Below, one piece after another: positions 1 through 7,849 of a stretch of 32,321 nucleotides of DNA. The stretch's first letter is position 1. The number at the start of each line of letters is the position of its first letter. The position numbers were made by a program, and so were the translations under genes. The notes beneath the pieces were generated by a model that worked only from the letters and a program-made list of their open reading frames with translations, searched no databases and had not been told where the DNA came from. The DNA is from Candidatus Parcubacteria bacterium (GTDB lineage: Bacteria > Patescibacteriota > Minisyncoccia > Phycocordibacterales > SBAW01): assembly GCA_014379165.1 (NCBI GenBank), contig JACMMG010000006.1:1-32321 (forward strand), written 5' to 3'.

Positions 1-1260
1 CACACGAGCGTTAGTGAAGTAGAGGTTCGATGTGCCTTCATCAAGAGCGTCGGTGGTGGTTGCAAACCATGCAGAGAGAGAAAGTTTGCTGTCGAGCGCG
101 CTTTGCAGATCGGTCTGGTTAGAGAGTGTGCCTATGATGTTACCCCATGATGGATTTCCTCCTGCAGCAATGCCGAGCGAAGATGTTGCAACAAGGTCAT
201 AGCCGCCTGCCGCATTACCGATAAGAAGTTTGCCGTATGTCGGCGCTGTGGAAGTGCCAGTGCCGCCGCTTATAACATCCAGAACGCCACCCAGAGTAAA
301 TGTCCCCGATGAAGTTATAGGTCCGCCGGAAAAGGTGAGCCCGGTTGCGCCGCCTGAAGCGTCAACGGATGTAACACTTCCGCTTCCGCCTCCACTACCG
401 CCACCGCTTGAACCGCGACGATCAAGCGACCCAGAAACGACACGACGAATTTCATCAAACACTGAACGATGAAATTCCGAGAGTATCATGACAAACGCCT
501 CCGGCGGAATACTTGGCGAAGCCGTAAAACCAGTCGTGCGTAGCGTAACTGGATTCGTTACGTACGTGTTGTAGTTGTTAACGACGTTTGTTGTTTGTAC
601 GGAACGGGTTGAAGAAGCAACCGGAGGAACCTGCACAGGTTTTGTTTGCACTGGCTCTTGCTGAGTTGCTCCTACAACGGTCGGCGGAACAACATCTCGT
701 TTAAAAAGTGCTGCAAGAGTACCAAAGAAATTTTGGAATAAGTTATTTGCCCCCGCAGACGGCAAAGTAAGCGTTATCGATTGTGCGCCGAAGAATGGGG
801 ATTGTATGTGCGCAATTGCTGCTGCCAACTGAGTATTGCCTTGCGAGAAAGCAGAAGGAGAATGCACGCCTGCAAATACTGTTGAAACCAAAAGCATCAG
901 CCCTCCGATTGAAAGCAGCGCTGCAGTTGAAAAAGGTTTAAAGCCCGAGAAATAATTTTTTGCCGAGATATCTTGGTGCGTAGGCGGATTACTTGCCTTT
1001 TGAAACGCACTATTTTCTTCGCGTCGTAAGCGGGAGAGCTCTTCGCTTCGCTGAGCTTTAGCAAGCTCACGTGTTATTTCAAACTCGCGAATCGACTCTT
1101 CCTCAACGAACCATGCATTTCCTACACGAGTGCCGCGAAGTTTTCCTTCGCGGCAAAGCTTGCCGACATAGTCTGGTGCACACGAAAGACGCAACGCAAC
1201 TTTGCGTGCAGAAAGCAGTATCTCTCCAGATGGAGAGAGTATTCTCTTCGAGTGTGTCAT
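1..1260 (-). CDS. Membrane-tethered HTH protein: N-terminal excisionase/MerR-like (HTH_17-type) domain, one TM helix, extracellular Gly/Ser linker and fibre-like repeats. The 3' end runs off the window (420 codons visible).
   Basis: Missing from the supplied ORF track because it has no stop inside the window. I read the plus-strand triplets 1-3, 4-6 ... 1258-1260 and found no tta/cta/tca. The ATG is the reverse complement of cat at 1258-1260, and an in-frame stop lies upstream at 1276-1278. The translation begins MTHSKRILSPSGEILLSARKVALRLSCAPDYVGKLCREGKLRGTRVGNAWFVEEESI. A hydrophobic segment TAALLSIGGLMLLVSTVFAGV follows. Further on come GSSGGGSGGGSGS and ISGGTGTSTAPTYGKLLIGN ... NLYFTNARV. 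Confidence 0.8.
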   Translation of the reverse strand, partial: MTHSKRILSPSGEILLSARKVALRLSCAPDYVGKLCREGKLRGTRVGNAWFVEEESIREFEITRELAKAQRSEELSRLRREENSAFQKASNPPTHQDISAKNYFSGFKPFSTAALLSIGGLMLLVSTVFAGVHSPSAFSQGNTQLAAAIAHIQSPFFGAQSITLTLPSAGANNLFQNFFGTLAALFKRDVVPPTVVGATQQEPVQTKPVQVPPVASSTRSVQTTNVVNNYNTYVTNPVTLRTTGFTASPSIPPEAFVMILSEFHRSVFDEIRRVVSGSLDRRGSSGGGSGGGSGSVTSVDASGGATGLTFSGGPITSSGTFTLGGVLDVISGGTGTSTAPTYGKLLIGNAAGGYDLVATSSLGIAAGGNPSWGNIIGTLSNQTDLQSALDSKLSLSAWFATTTDALDEGTSNLYFTNARV

Positions 1261-1642
1261 TACGCCGACAAAACTTTAATTGACACAGTGAGTTCGGTTG
1301 CCCTGTAAAGATAATCTTACGATGAAGAACGTCTATATATCCAAATAAAAAGGACAAACTGTGGATTAGTGATACAAAGATGAACAAAATAGTTTGTTGC
1401 TACAGAAAGAGATTTCAGAATATGGGGCAAATAAATTAAAAAATACAAATATAAATAATCCTAAATTTAGAAATGAAACTTTATAAAAAATTGCCGAGAT
1501 TTATTCTGGCCGAGAAAAGCTTCTACATATACCTATATCGTCTTGTCGAAACGATATCTCGGCTAAAAGAGCCCTCAGTTAGAGTCTATTCTCTCGATAA
1601 TGTATTAACTATCCTCCTTTAAGGCTGTATAAATTATTCAGC

Positions 1643-1679
1643 ATAAAAAAGCCTTTTGCCCTACATTCGGGCAAAAGGC
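1643..1679 (-). terminator. Rho-independent terminator downstream of the 1719..2474 CDS
   Basis: An 11-bp perfect stem, gccttttgccc (1651-1661) pairing with gggcaaaaggc (1669-1679), encloses a 7-nt loop. On the minus strand it is followed by TTTTTTAT (plus-strand A-tract 1645-1650). It sits about 40 nt past the stop at 1719. Confidence 0.8.
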
Positions 1680-1718
1680 GTTATTTGACTTAGGTTATAA
1701 ATGATTCCAAATCTACAT

Positions 1719-2474
1719 TTACAGCGTAAATTGAGAGTTTGTCGCTTTTCCCTCCTGCACTTGTATAAGAGTTCCGACAGATACTGATGCAAAGGCAACT
1801 GCAGCAAAAATAAAAATTCCTACTCCCGCTGCGACAAGTAATTTAGTTAGAGAAAATTTTTTATGTGAAGGAACAAAAACAATATCCTCTTCCTGTGCTC
1901 GAACTACAGCAGTCTCTGGTTCCTCTATGCTATTTTCCTCAGATACTACGTTTTTCTTCGGTACGATGACACGTTTCTTCTTCTCCAATACAGGAAAACT
2001 CGACTCATCGTCCGAAATATATGTAAGCCCTTTTCTCTTCTTCATATTGATCGGTATGTAGCGAGCGTGAGATATATTTTTTTGCGGCACCTTTATAGGC
2101 ACTTCTTGTATTTCATTTTCAATATCTGCAGTACCGATCGTTATATGAGCGAGCGCTGGTTTTATTTTTCTTACTTCTATTGTCTTTGTCTCTACAACTT
2201 CCTCTTCAATAACTTCTTGAACTTCTGGCACCTCCTGTATTTCTTCAATCGCGTGGACTACTTGAGCTTCTGCAACATGTTCTCCTAGGCTCTTCTCACC
2301 TTTGAAATAATTTGAGAGCGATTTTTCTTCTACGTACCATGAACGGCCTACTTTCTGGCCGGTAATTTTTTTGGCACGAATAAGCTGCCCAATATAGTCA
2401 GAGCTGTATTTATGGTCTTTCGCGGCACGCCGAGTCGAGATATATCGCTTCCCCGATATTTCTAGTTCATCCAT
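1719..2474 (-). CDS. Membrane-tethered HTH protein: HTH_17-type N-terminus, acidic linker, C-terminal TM helix. Paralogue of the N-terminus of the 1..1260 CDS.
   Basis: 251-aa ORF. The N-terminus YISTRRAAKDHKYSSDYIGQLIRAKKITGQKVGRSWYVEEKSL aligns with LLSARKVALRLSCAPDYVGKLCREGKLRGTRVGNAWFVEEESI of the neighbouring gene (shared DY-G-L-R, VG, W, VEE-S). A hydrophobic helix LLVAAGVGIFIFAAVAFASVSVG lies near the C-terminus. Confidence 0.8.
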   Translation of the reverse strand: MDELEISGKRYISTRRAAKDHKYSSDYIGQLIRAKKITGQKVGRSWYVEEKSLSNYFKGEKSLGEHVAEAQVVHAIEEIQEVPEVQEVIEEEVVETKTIEVRKIKPALAHITIGTADIENEIQEVPIKVPQKNISHARYIPINMKKRKGLTYISDDESSFPVLEKKKRVIVPKKNVVSEENSIEEPETAVVRAQEEDIVFVPSHKKFSLTKLLVAAGVGIFIFAAVAFASVSVGTLIQVQEGKATNSQFTL

Positions 2475-2550
2475 GGCCCTAGTATAGCAGGCGATCCAAG
2501 CTCTGCAACTCTTCTACAAAGCCCTTTGCGCGTCAGTTAGGCAGGCCTTT

Positions 2551-3972
2551 TTATCGGAGAACTTTTTGTATTGCATCTCGAAGTGCTTGTGGGTTAGCCG
2601 AGCCCTTGCTTTCGCGCATTCCCTGCCCCACTAAAAACTGGAGGGCAACTTCTTTGCCCGCTTTATAGTCTTCCGCAGATTGCGGATTTGCCTCAACAAC
2701 TTTCTTTGCAATAGTGAGTAGTACCCCCTCATCACCCTGTTGGAGATATTTTTTATGTATTTCAGCAAGATCGCCTCCACGCATGAAAACTTCTGCAATT
2801 GCATCTTTGACCCCTCTTGAAGAAATCTTTCCTTCCGAGACGGCTGCTATAGATGAGGCAAATCCTGTTGCTGTAATATTCTTCAAACCTTCTTCCCCAT
2901 TTTTTGAAACAAGACCCGCAATGTCCGAACCAATATAATTTGCTATTAGTTTTTGTTCCAAAGGAAGGAGTGCAACTGTCTGCTCAAAAAGTGCTCCGAA
3001 AGTCTCATTCTGTATAAACATTTCTGCGTGCTCAGGAATGATACCGGAGTCGGTATATCGTGCACGTTTCTCCCATGGAAGTTCGGGCAACTCTTTTTTA
3101 AGCGACTGAAGGGAGAATTCTGGAATTTCGGATAGCATAAGTTTCGGCAAATCTGGATCAGGAAAATACCGGTAGTCGTGGCTCGACTCTTTCTTGCGCT
3201 GGGAGAAGGTAATTTGTTTTTCTTCATCCCACCCCCGCGTCTCTTGCACCACCTTCTCCCCTTTTTCTAAGACCGCCTCTTGACGCTCTAGTTCAAAGAC
3301 AATAGCACGTTCAACCGCGCGGAAGGAGTTAATGTTTTTAACTTCTACTTTGGTACCTAAAGGTCCGACCTTGCTGGAATCAGCAAGGTCGGACCTTGCT
3401 ATAGAGATATTCGCCTCTACACGCATCTCCCCTTTTTCCATATTTGCTTCTCCAGCCCCCACATACCGCAAAAGTAACTGGAGTTCGCGGGCAAAAGCTC
3501 CGGCATCTGATGCCGAATGTATGACAGGCTCAGTTACAAGCTCCATCAAAGGAACTCCGGCACGATTAAAATCGACTAAGCTCTTTATGCCCACATGTTG
3601 AGAGCGTGCAGTATCTTCTTCAAGGTGTATACGAGTTAGAGCAACTCCATGTAACATTCCACCTTTAATCAGGGGATGTTTGTATTGGCTAATCTGGTAA
3701 CCCTTCGGAATATCAGGATAAAAATAATTTTTGCGATCAAACTCTGTGAAATCGGCAAGGGTTCCGCCAAGCGCGCTGCCAACAAGAAGTACTTTATGGA
3801 CCGCTTCTTTATTTACAACAGGCAGTGTACCGGGATGTGCCATGCATACCGGGCAAATATTTTTATTCGCAGCTGCTTCGTCCGGGTTATTGAGACACGC
3901 ACAGAACATCTTCGTGCGTGTCTTGAGTTCAGCATGTATCTCAAGGCCGATAGTCACTCGATAGTCGCTCAT
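2551..3972 (-). CDS. gatB: Asp-tRNA(Asn)/Glu-tRNA(Gln) amidotransferase subunit B
   Basis: The family-typical N-terminus MSDYRVTIGLEIHAELKTRTKMFCAC is present, followed by NRAGVPLMELVTEP and a C-terminal GatB/YqeY-like tail. I moved the start from the track's 3999 to the ATG at 3972 (cat 3970-3972), because the nine extra codons are not family-like. Confidence 0.95.
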   Translation of the reverse strand: MSDYRVTIGLEIHAELKTRTKMFCACLNNPDEAAANKNICPVCMAHPGTLPVVNKEAVHKVLLVGSALGGTLADFTEFDRKNYFYPDIPKGYQISQYKHPLIKGGMLHGVALTRIHLEEDTARSQHVGIKSLVDFNRAGVPLMELVTEPVIHSASDAGAFARELQLLLRYVGAGEANMEKGEMRVEANISIARSDLADSSKVGPLGTKVEVKNINSFRAVERAIVFELERQEAVLEKGEKVVQETRGWDEEKQITFSQRKKESSHDYRYFPDPDLPKLMLSEIPEFSLQSLKKELPELPWEKRARYTDSGIIPEHAEMFIQNETFGALFEQTVALLPLEQKLIANYIGSDIAGLVSKNGEEGLKNITATGFASSIAAVSEGKISSRGVKDAIAEVFMRGGDLAEIHKKYLQQGDEGVLLTIAKKVVEANPQSAEDYKAGKEVALQFLVGQGMRESKGSANPQALRDAIQKVLR

Positions 3973-4014
3973 ATGTAGTGTGTTTCTATAGTAGCGCAAA
4001 CATCCCTCTGGTGC

Positions 4015-4995
4015 CTACGGGCGTGGGTTGGAAAGGCCAACAAGTGTATCTTGAAGTTTCTTAATAAGAGCATCGTCCAGCACCGAAACTACTTCTGGAT
4101 CTTTTTTATATTTCTTTTTAAAATCTGCTTTGACTTTCTTTATATAAGCAGCATCTCGGGTATCAGATTTCGTTAACAGTATGATTTCAGGCTTATCTTT
4201 CAATATTCCCTCTTCAAAACGAGATAACTCGGCTCGGACAGTTTCATAATTGGCAATATAATCCTCTTCCTCAAGGGAGACGCAGTGCACAAAAAGCTTC
4301 GTTCGAGCAATATGCCTTAAGAATTTCGAGCCCAATCCCTTTCCTAAAGATGCGCCCTCAATAAGCCCCGGAATATCCGCAATAACAAGGCCATAGAGCA
4401 TGCCCAGATTAGGATCCAGCGTTGTAAACGCGTACGAGCCAACTTTAGCTATAGCTCCTGTGAGGCTATTGAGTAGCGAGGTTTTACCTGCATTCGGCAG
4501 TCCAACCAAGCCGATATCGGCAATAAGACGAAGTTCTATGCGTAAACGTGCTTCTTCTCCCTTTCCACCGGGAGTACTCTGCATTGGCGAACGATTGACG
4601 GAGGACTTAAAGACCTCATTTCCCGCACCTCCTCTGCCGCCTTTAAGTATGAGTTTCTGCTCTCCTTCTTCAGTAAGTTCGTATCGTTCTCGAGTTTCTT
4701 CATTATAAATGAGAGAACCTCGCGGAAGATCAATGATCATGTCTTTTCCTTTAGCGCCGTGCATACTTTCACCTGCGCCCGGATCCCCGTCACCCGCATG
4801 AAATTTTTTCTCGCCGCGATAGCGCGAAAGCAAGTTAATATCACGCACAGCGCGAATATAGAGGTCACCCCCATCGCCACCGTTACCACCTGCAGGGCCA
4901 GAAAATTCTTTGCCCTTTTGATGAAGCCAGCGTACAACACCATCGCCTCCGTTGCCGGCGCGCGCGCTTATAGTTAGTTCGTCAACAAGCGCCAT
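4015..4995 (-). CDS. obg: GTPase Obg/CgtA (short form, 326 aa)
   Basis: Gly-rich Obg fold: ISARAGNGGDGVVRW ... GGNGGDGGDLY. G1 is GLPNAGKTSLL, G3 is DIPGLIEGA, and the G4-like motif is LTKSD. Confidence 0.95.
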   Translation of the reverse strand: MALVDELTISARAGNGGDGVVRWLHQKGKEFSGPAGGNGGDGGDLYIRAVRDINLLSRYRGEKKFHAGDGDPGAGESMHGAKGKDMIIDLPRGSLIYNEETRERYELTEEGEQKLILKGGRGGAGNEVFKSSVNRSPMQSTPGGKGEEARLRIELRLIADIGLVGLPNAGKTSLLNSLTGAIAKVGSYAFTTLDPNLGMLYGLVIADIPGLIEGASLGKGLGSKFLRHIARTKLFVHCVSLEEEDYIANYETVRAELSRFEEGILKDKPEIILLTKSDTRDAAYIKKVKADFKKKYKKDPEVVSVLDDALIKKLQDTLVGLSNPRP

Positions 4996-4998
4996 GAA

Positions 4999-5133
4999 TT
5001 ATAAGCCATTTAAGAGCCACCACGCGATCAGCGCCAATAGTATAAGCGCGCCGATTTTAAAGAGCGGCTTTAAAATAAATTTAAAGATAAGGATTGCCAC
5101 TGCCACTACTACAACAACTCCGATGATGGTCAT
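4999..5133 (-). CDS. Possible 44-aa two-helix membrane peptide
   Basis: Hand-translated, and below the track's size cutoff: MTIIGVVVVVAVAILIFKFILKPLFKIGALILLALIAWWLLNGL*. The ATG is at 5133 and the TAA at 5001-4999, 3 nt before the obg ATG. It lies on the same strand as its neighbours. The SD spacing is poor (GAGG only 2 nt from the ATG). Confidence 0.4.
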   Translation of the reverse strand: MTIIGVVVVVAVAILIFKFILKPLFKIGALILLALIAWWLLNGL

Positions 5134-5183
5134 GGCCTCATGCTAGTACACTCGCCTAGATTCGGCAACCTAGTCGAAGCTGG

Positions 5184-5909
5184 TCATAGGTACTTCAGCA
5201 ACCTATCGTAACCAAGGAAGTCAAAAAATTGAAAACCCCACAACACCAGCGCGCCCATAGAACCAGAGAGCATAAGGAGGCCAAGAAACACTAAGACAAT
5301 GCCTCCGATAAAGGAGAGGATCTGCGTTGCTCTGCCAAACCGGGCAAATGTATTTCCGATTTTATCGATAAAAAGAGCACACAATAAAAATGGTATAGCA
5401 AGACCGAATGAAAATACCGCAAGCAGGATCGCTCCCTGCAATGCTGTCGCTGAGGTGGAGGCAAACAAAAGAATTGTACCGAGAATAGGTCCGATGCAGG
5501 GGCTCCAACCGAGCGCAAAAAGAACACCAATAAGTGCAGAGCTTTCCCATCGACCAAGGACCAGAAATTTTGGAATGCGCGTATGCCATTCGCTTCCGAT
5601 AATAGGCAGGCGAAAGACGCCGAGCATGGTAAAGCCAAAGAGGATAATAAGTACCCCAGCAATTTTAGAAAGAATGTCCTGCCATGGGCCGATGACACTT
5701 CCTATAAGACCGGCGAATGTGCCCAAGACTATAAAGACAACCGAGAAGCCTAGTACAAAGGCAAGTGCATTGCGCATAACCTTTTTTTCGCCTCCGGAAA
5801 TGAAAACCAAGTAGCCAGGAACGATAGGCAGCGTACAGGGTGCCAAGAACATCAACACGCCGGCTAAAAATGCTCCCGGAATAAGAAGGAGGGGCTCAAG
5901 TGCAGTCAC
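5184..5909 (-). CDS. ccdA: CcdA/DsbD-family transmembrane thiol:disulfide electron transfer protein
   Basis: Polytopic membrane protein carrying the two family Cys motifs, FLAPCTLPIVPGY and GWSPCIGPILG. Confidence 0.85.
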   Translation of the reverse strand: MTALEPLLLIPGAFLAGVLMFLAPCTLPIVPGYLVFISGGEKKVMRNALAFVLGFSVVFIVLGTFAGLIGSVIGPWQDILSKIAGVLIILFGFTMLGVFRLPIIGSEWHTRIPKFLVLGRWESSALIGVLFALGWSPCIGPILGTILLFASTSATALQGAILLAVFSFGLAIPFLLCALFIDKIGNTFARFGRATQILSFIGGIVLVFLGLLMLSGSMGALVLWGFQFFDFLGYDRLLKYL

Positions 5910-5917
5910 AGAAGTGA

Positions 5918-6967
5918 TTATAATACGAATTGCTTCGGAAAATTCGTCAGGTTGCGATACCCGTCTTTCGTAATAAGCACAATGTCTTCAATGCGGACGC
6001 CGCCAACATCTCGATAATAGAGGCCAGGTTCGATAGTAACAACATTTCCCTCTCTCAATACATCATTGCTATTGTTGATAGACGGCCGCTCGTGAAGCTC
6101 AAGCCCCACGCTATGCCCGACCCCATGGATGAAGCCCTCTGGAGCGCCTTGGGTTTCCGTGCGAGGAAAACCTTGTGCTTGAAAAAATTTCTCAACTACG
6201 CCCTGGATATCCTGACCCGGTATGCCCGGCTTAAGCATTGAAAATATCAGCTCCTGCGCGCCAAGAACTGCATCATACATTTTTTGTAACTTTACAGACG
6301 GCTCACCAATGCATACCGTGCGGGTCATATCCGCAAAATAGCGAGTTTTGCGTGAACGCGGAAAAATGTCTATGACAATTGTTTCCCCTTTGCGCAGCGG
6401 CCCTTTTCCTTGTTCATGCGGATCGGCGGCCTGCGTGCCGCCTGCAACGATGGTTTCTTTTGCATCGTATCCTGCATCAAAAAGATGCGCATCGATTGCC
6501 TTGCGTACCGACTCAGATGTTGCTCCGGGCGTTCTAAGCACTGTAAGGCCAACAGTAAGTGCAGCTTCAGTAGCACGCTGTGCTTCCTCTATCCATGCAA
6601 CTTCTTCTTTTGTCTTTATTCCCCGCTCAGGAAAAAGAGAGGAGGTAATGTCGAAGGTAAAACCCTCCGCTTCAAACTTTTTTGCAACGCTGTACGCAAA
6701 TGACTCCTGCACTTGTATCTCTTTGACCCCTCGTTTTTTTAAAATAGCCGCGACCTCTTCTATAGCCTTCCCTTTCCCCGCTTTACTTAAAATAACCTCG
6801 TCAACTTTTGCTTGCCGTTTGGCACGGCCAAACTCAAGCGAGCTAACAATTATCATCTTCTTTCCACCCGCTTCGATAAAAATAAGTGGGTCGTGCGCAA
6901 GAAAACGCGTTGCGTAGAAAAGGTCCGCGTTGCTTTCGCTGTCTGCAATTATGAGTTTTGCATTCAT
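5918..6967 (-). CDS. M24-family Xaa-Pro aminopeptidase/dipeptidase
   Basis: Pita-bread fold signatures: VIDIFPRSRKTRYFADMTRT, HGVGHSVGLELHE, VVTIEPGLY, GGVRIEDIV. I set the start at ATG 6967 (MNAKLIIADSE), which makes an ATGA overlap with the stop of the upstream gene (6964-6966). The track's 36-codon extension lies inside that upstream gene. Confidence 0.9.
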   Translation of the reverse strand: MNAKLIIADSESNADLFYATRFLAHDPLIFIEAGGKKMIIVSSLEFGRAKRQAKVDEVILSKAGKGKAIEEVAAILKKRGVKEIQVQESFAYSVAKKFEAEGFTFDITSSLFPERGIKTKEEVAWIEEAQRATEAALTVGLTVLRTPGATSESVRKAIDAHLFDAGYDAKETIVAGGTQAADPHEQGKGPLRKGETIVIDIFPRSRKTRYFADMTRTVCIGEPSVKLQKMYDAVLGAQELIFSMLKPGIPGQDIQGVVEKFFQAQGFPRTETQGAPEGFIHGVGHSVGLELHERPSINNSNDVLREGNVVTIEPGLYYRDVGGVRIEDIVLITKDGYRNLTNFPKQFVL

Positions 6968-7848
6968 TGAGAAATAACCGAAATTAGGATGCCTGCAAAC
7001 ATAACGAGTGTTGCAACGAAGCGCATCTTTATATTCTTTTCTTTCAGGAAAGTTCCTGCAAGAAGGACTGTCCAAAGTGCCTGAAGTCTTTTTAAACTTG
7101 CAGCGTAGGCTGTAAGAGAGTAGTTAAATGCCTGATTAGTGAGAATATTACCAACTCCCTGAAGCAGCGAAAGATACAAAAGGCCTGATCCCGTTATCTT
7201 CATTGTTTGAAATGTTTTAGGGATGAATTTATGATCCCTGCTGATATTTAAAAGAGCAGTAATCGTCCCCACACCAAGGAAAGTCACCGCTACGGCAAAA
7301 AGTGCCGAGGAGGTTAGTACCGTTATTTTGTCTAACGGGAATGAAATAGAAAAAAGTACAGCCGCAATAATTCCATATGTAACTCCTTTTGAAAGACGAA
7401 AAGGAAAAGAGAAGGAGAATGCTCTCATAGAATGCATTAAAATTCCTAGTCCCAAAATAGTGACAAATATGCCAATGATACCGCTAATTGACGGCTGCTC
7501 ATTGAGCAAAAGAAATCCCGTCACAATAACCAGAGGTGTGGTCACTAAACGTATCGGGCTAATTAGAGAAGCTTCTTCTGCCTTAAATGCACGGATCAAA
7601 AGATTTTGAGCAACAACATTAATTGTTATGGTACTGAGCGCAGCTAGTAAAAATCCGCTTTTGATTTCAGGAACACCAACAATTAACACTGCTAGTAAGG
7701 CAATAAGCCCAGTACCGATGAAGGTTACGGTAAGTATTACTTGCTCATCAATCCCCTGCGTTAAATATTTTTTCTGTTTAACATCAAAAAGCCCGAGACT
7801 AAACGTGCCCCCCGCCATCAGTGCTGCAAAAACAATGGCCGTGGTCAT
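6964..7848 (-). CDS. EamA/DMT-superfamily transporter
   Basis: 294 aa with about ten hydrophobic segments arranged in two similar halves. The ATG at 7848 lies 1 nt after the secA stop codon. Confidence 0.75.
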   Translation of the reverse strand: MTTAIVFAALMAGGTFSLGLFDVKQKKYLTQGIDEQVILTVTFIGTGLIALLAVLIVGVPEIKSGFLLAALSTITINVVAQNLLIRAFKAEEASLISPIRLVTTPLVIVTGFLLLNEQPSISGIIGIFVTILGLGILMHSMRAFSFSFPFRLSKGVTYGIIAAVLFSISFPLDKITVLTSSALFAVAVTFLGVGTITALLNISRDHKFIPKTFQTMKITGSGLLYLSLLQGVGNILTNQAFNYSLTAYAASLKRLQALWTVLLAGTFLKEKNIKMRFVATLVMFAGILISVISQ

Positions 7849-7849
7849 G

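Noticed and set aside
230-472. 80-aa Pro-rich plus-strand ORF (PPLPPPLPPPLEP).
   Set aside because: It is the antisense shadow of the Gly/Ser-rich linker of the real minus-strand gene at 1..1260. It has no independent start context.
1-700. The fibre-like gene as a diversity-generating retroelement target.
   Set aside because: The window contains no reverse transcriptase, no template-repeat copy of the 3' region and no accessory gene.
1493-1563. tRNA-sized element (71 nt) with a 7-8 bp terminal helix, GCCGAGA(T) pairing with (A)TCTCGGC.
   Set aside because: It cannot be threaded onto a cloverleaf. There is no complementary D-stem. The would-be anticodon stem GCTTC has no GAAGC partner. The would-be T-loop is 9 nt and lacks TTCGA/TTCAA.
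1613-1620. CCTCCTTT, identical to the 16S rRNA 3' tail (the reverse complement gives a strong AAAGGAGG SD).
   Set aside because: The preceding sequence does not match the conserved 16S 3' end. On the minus strand, no usable start codon or ORF follows the SD-like string.
3973-3999. N-terminal extensions offered by the ORF track:
- gatB to 3999
- M24 peptidase to 7075
- ligase-like gene to 14521
- methyltransferase to 20052
- HAD to 26426
- gmd to 32126
   Set aside because: The extensions start at GTG or TTG, or add residues that are not family-like. They overlap neighbouring genes. Internal ATGs give canonical N-termini and classic ATGA or short-gap junctions. The gmd and ligase-like gene starts remain somewhat uncertain.
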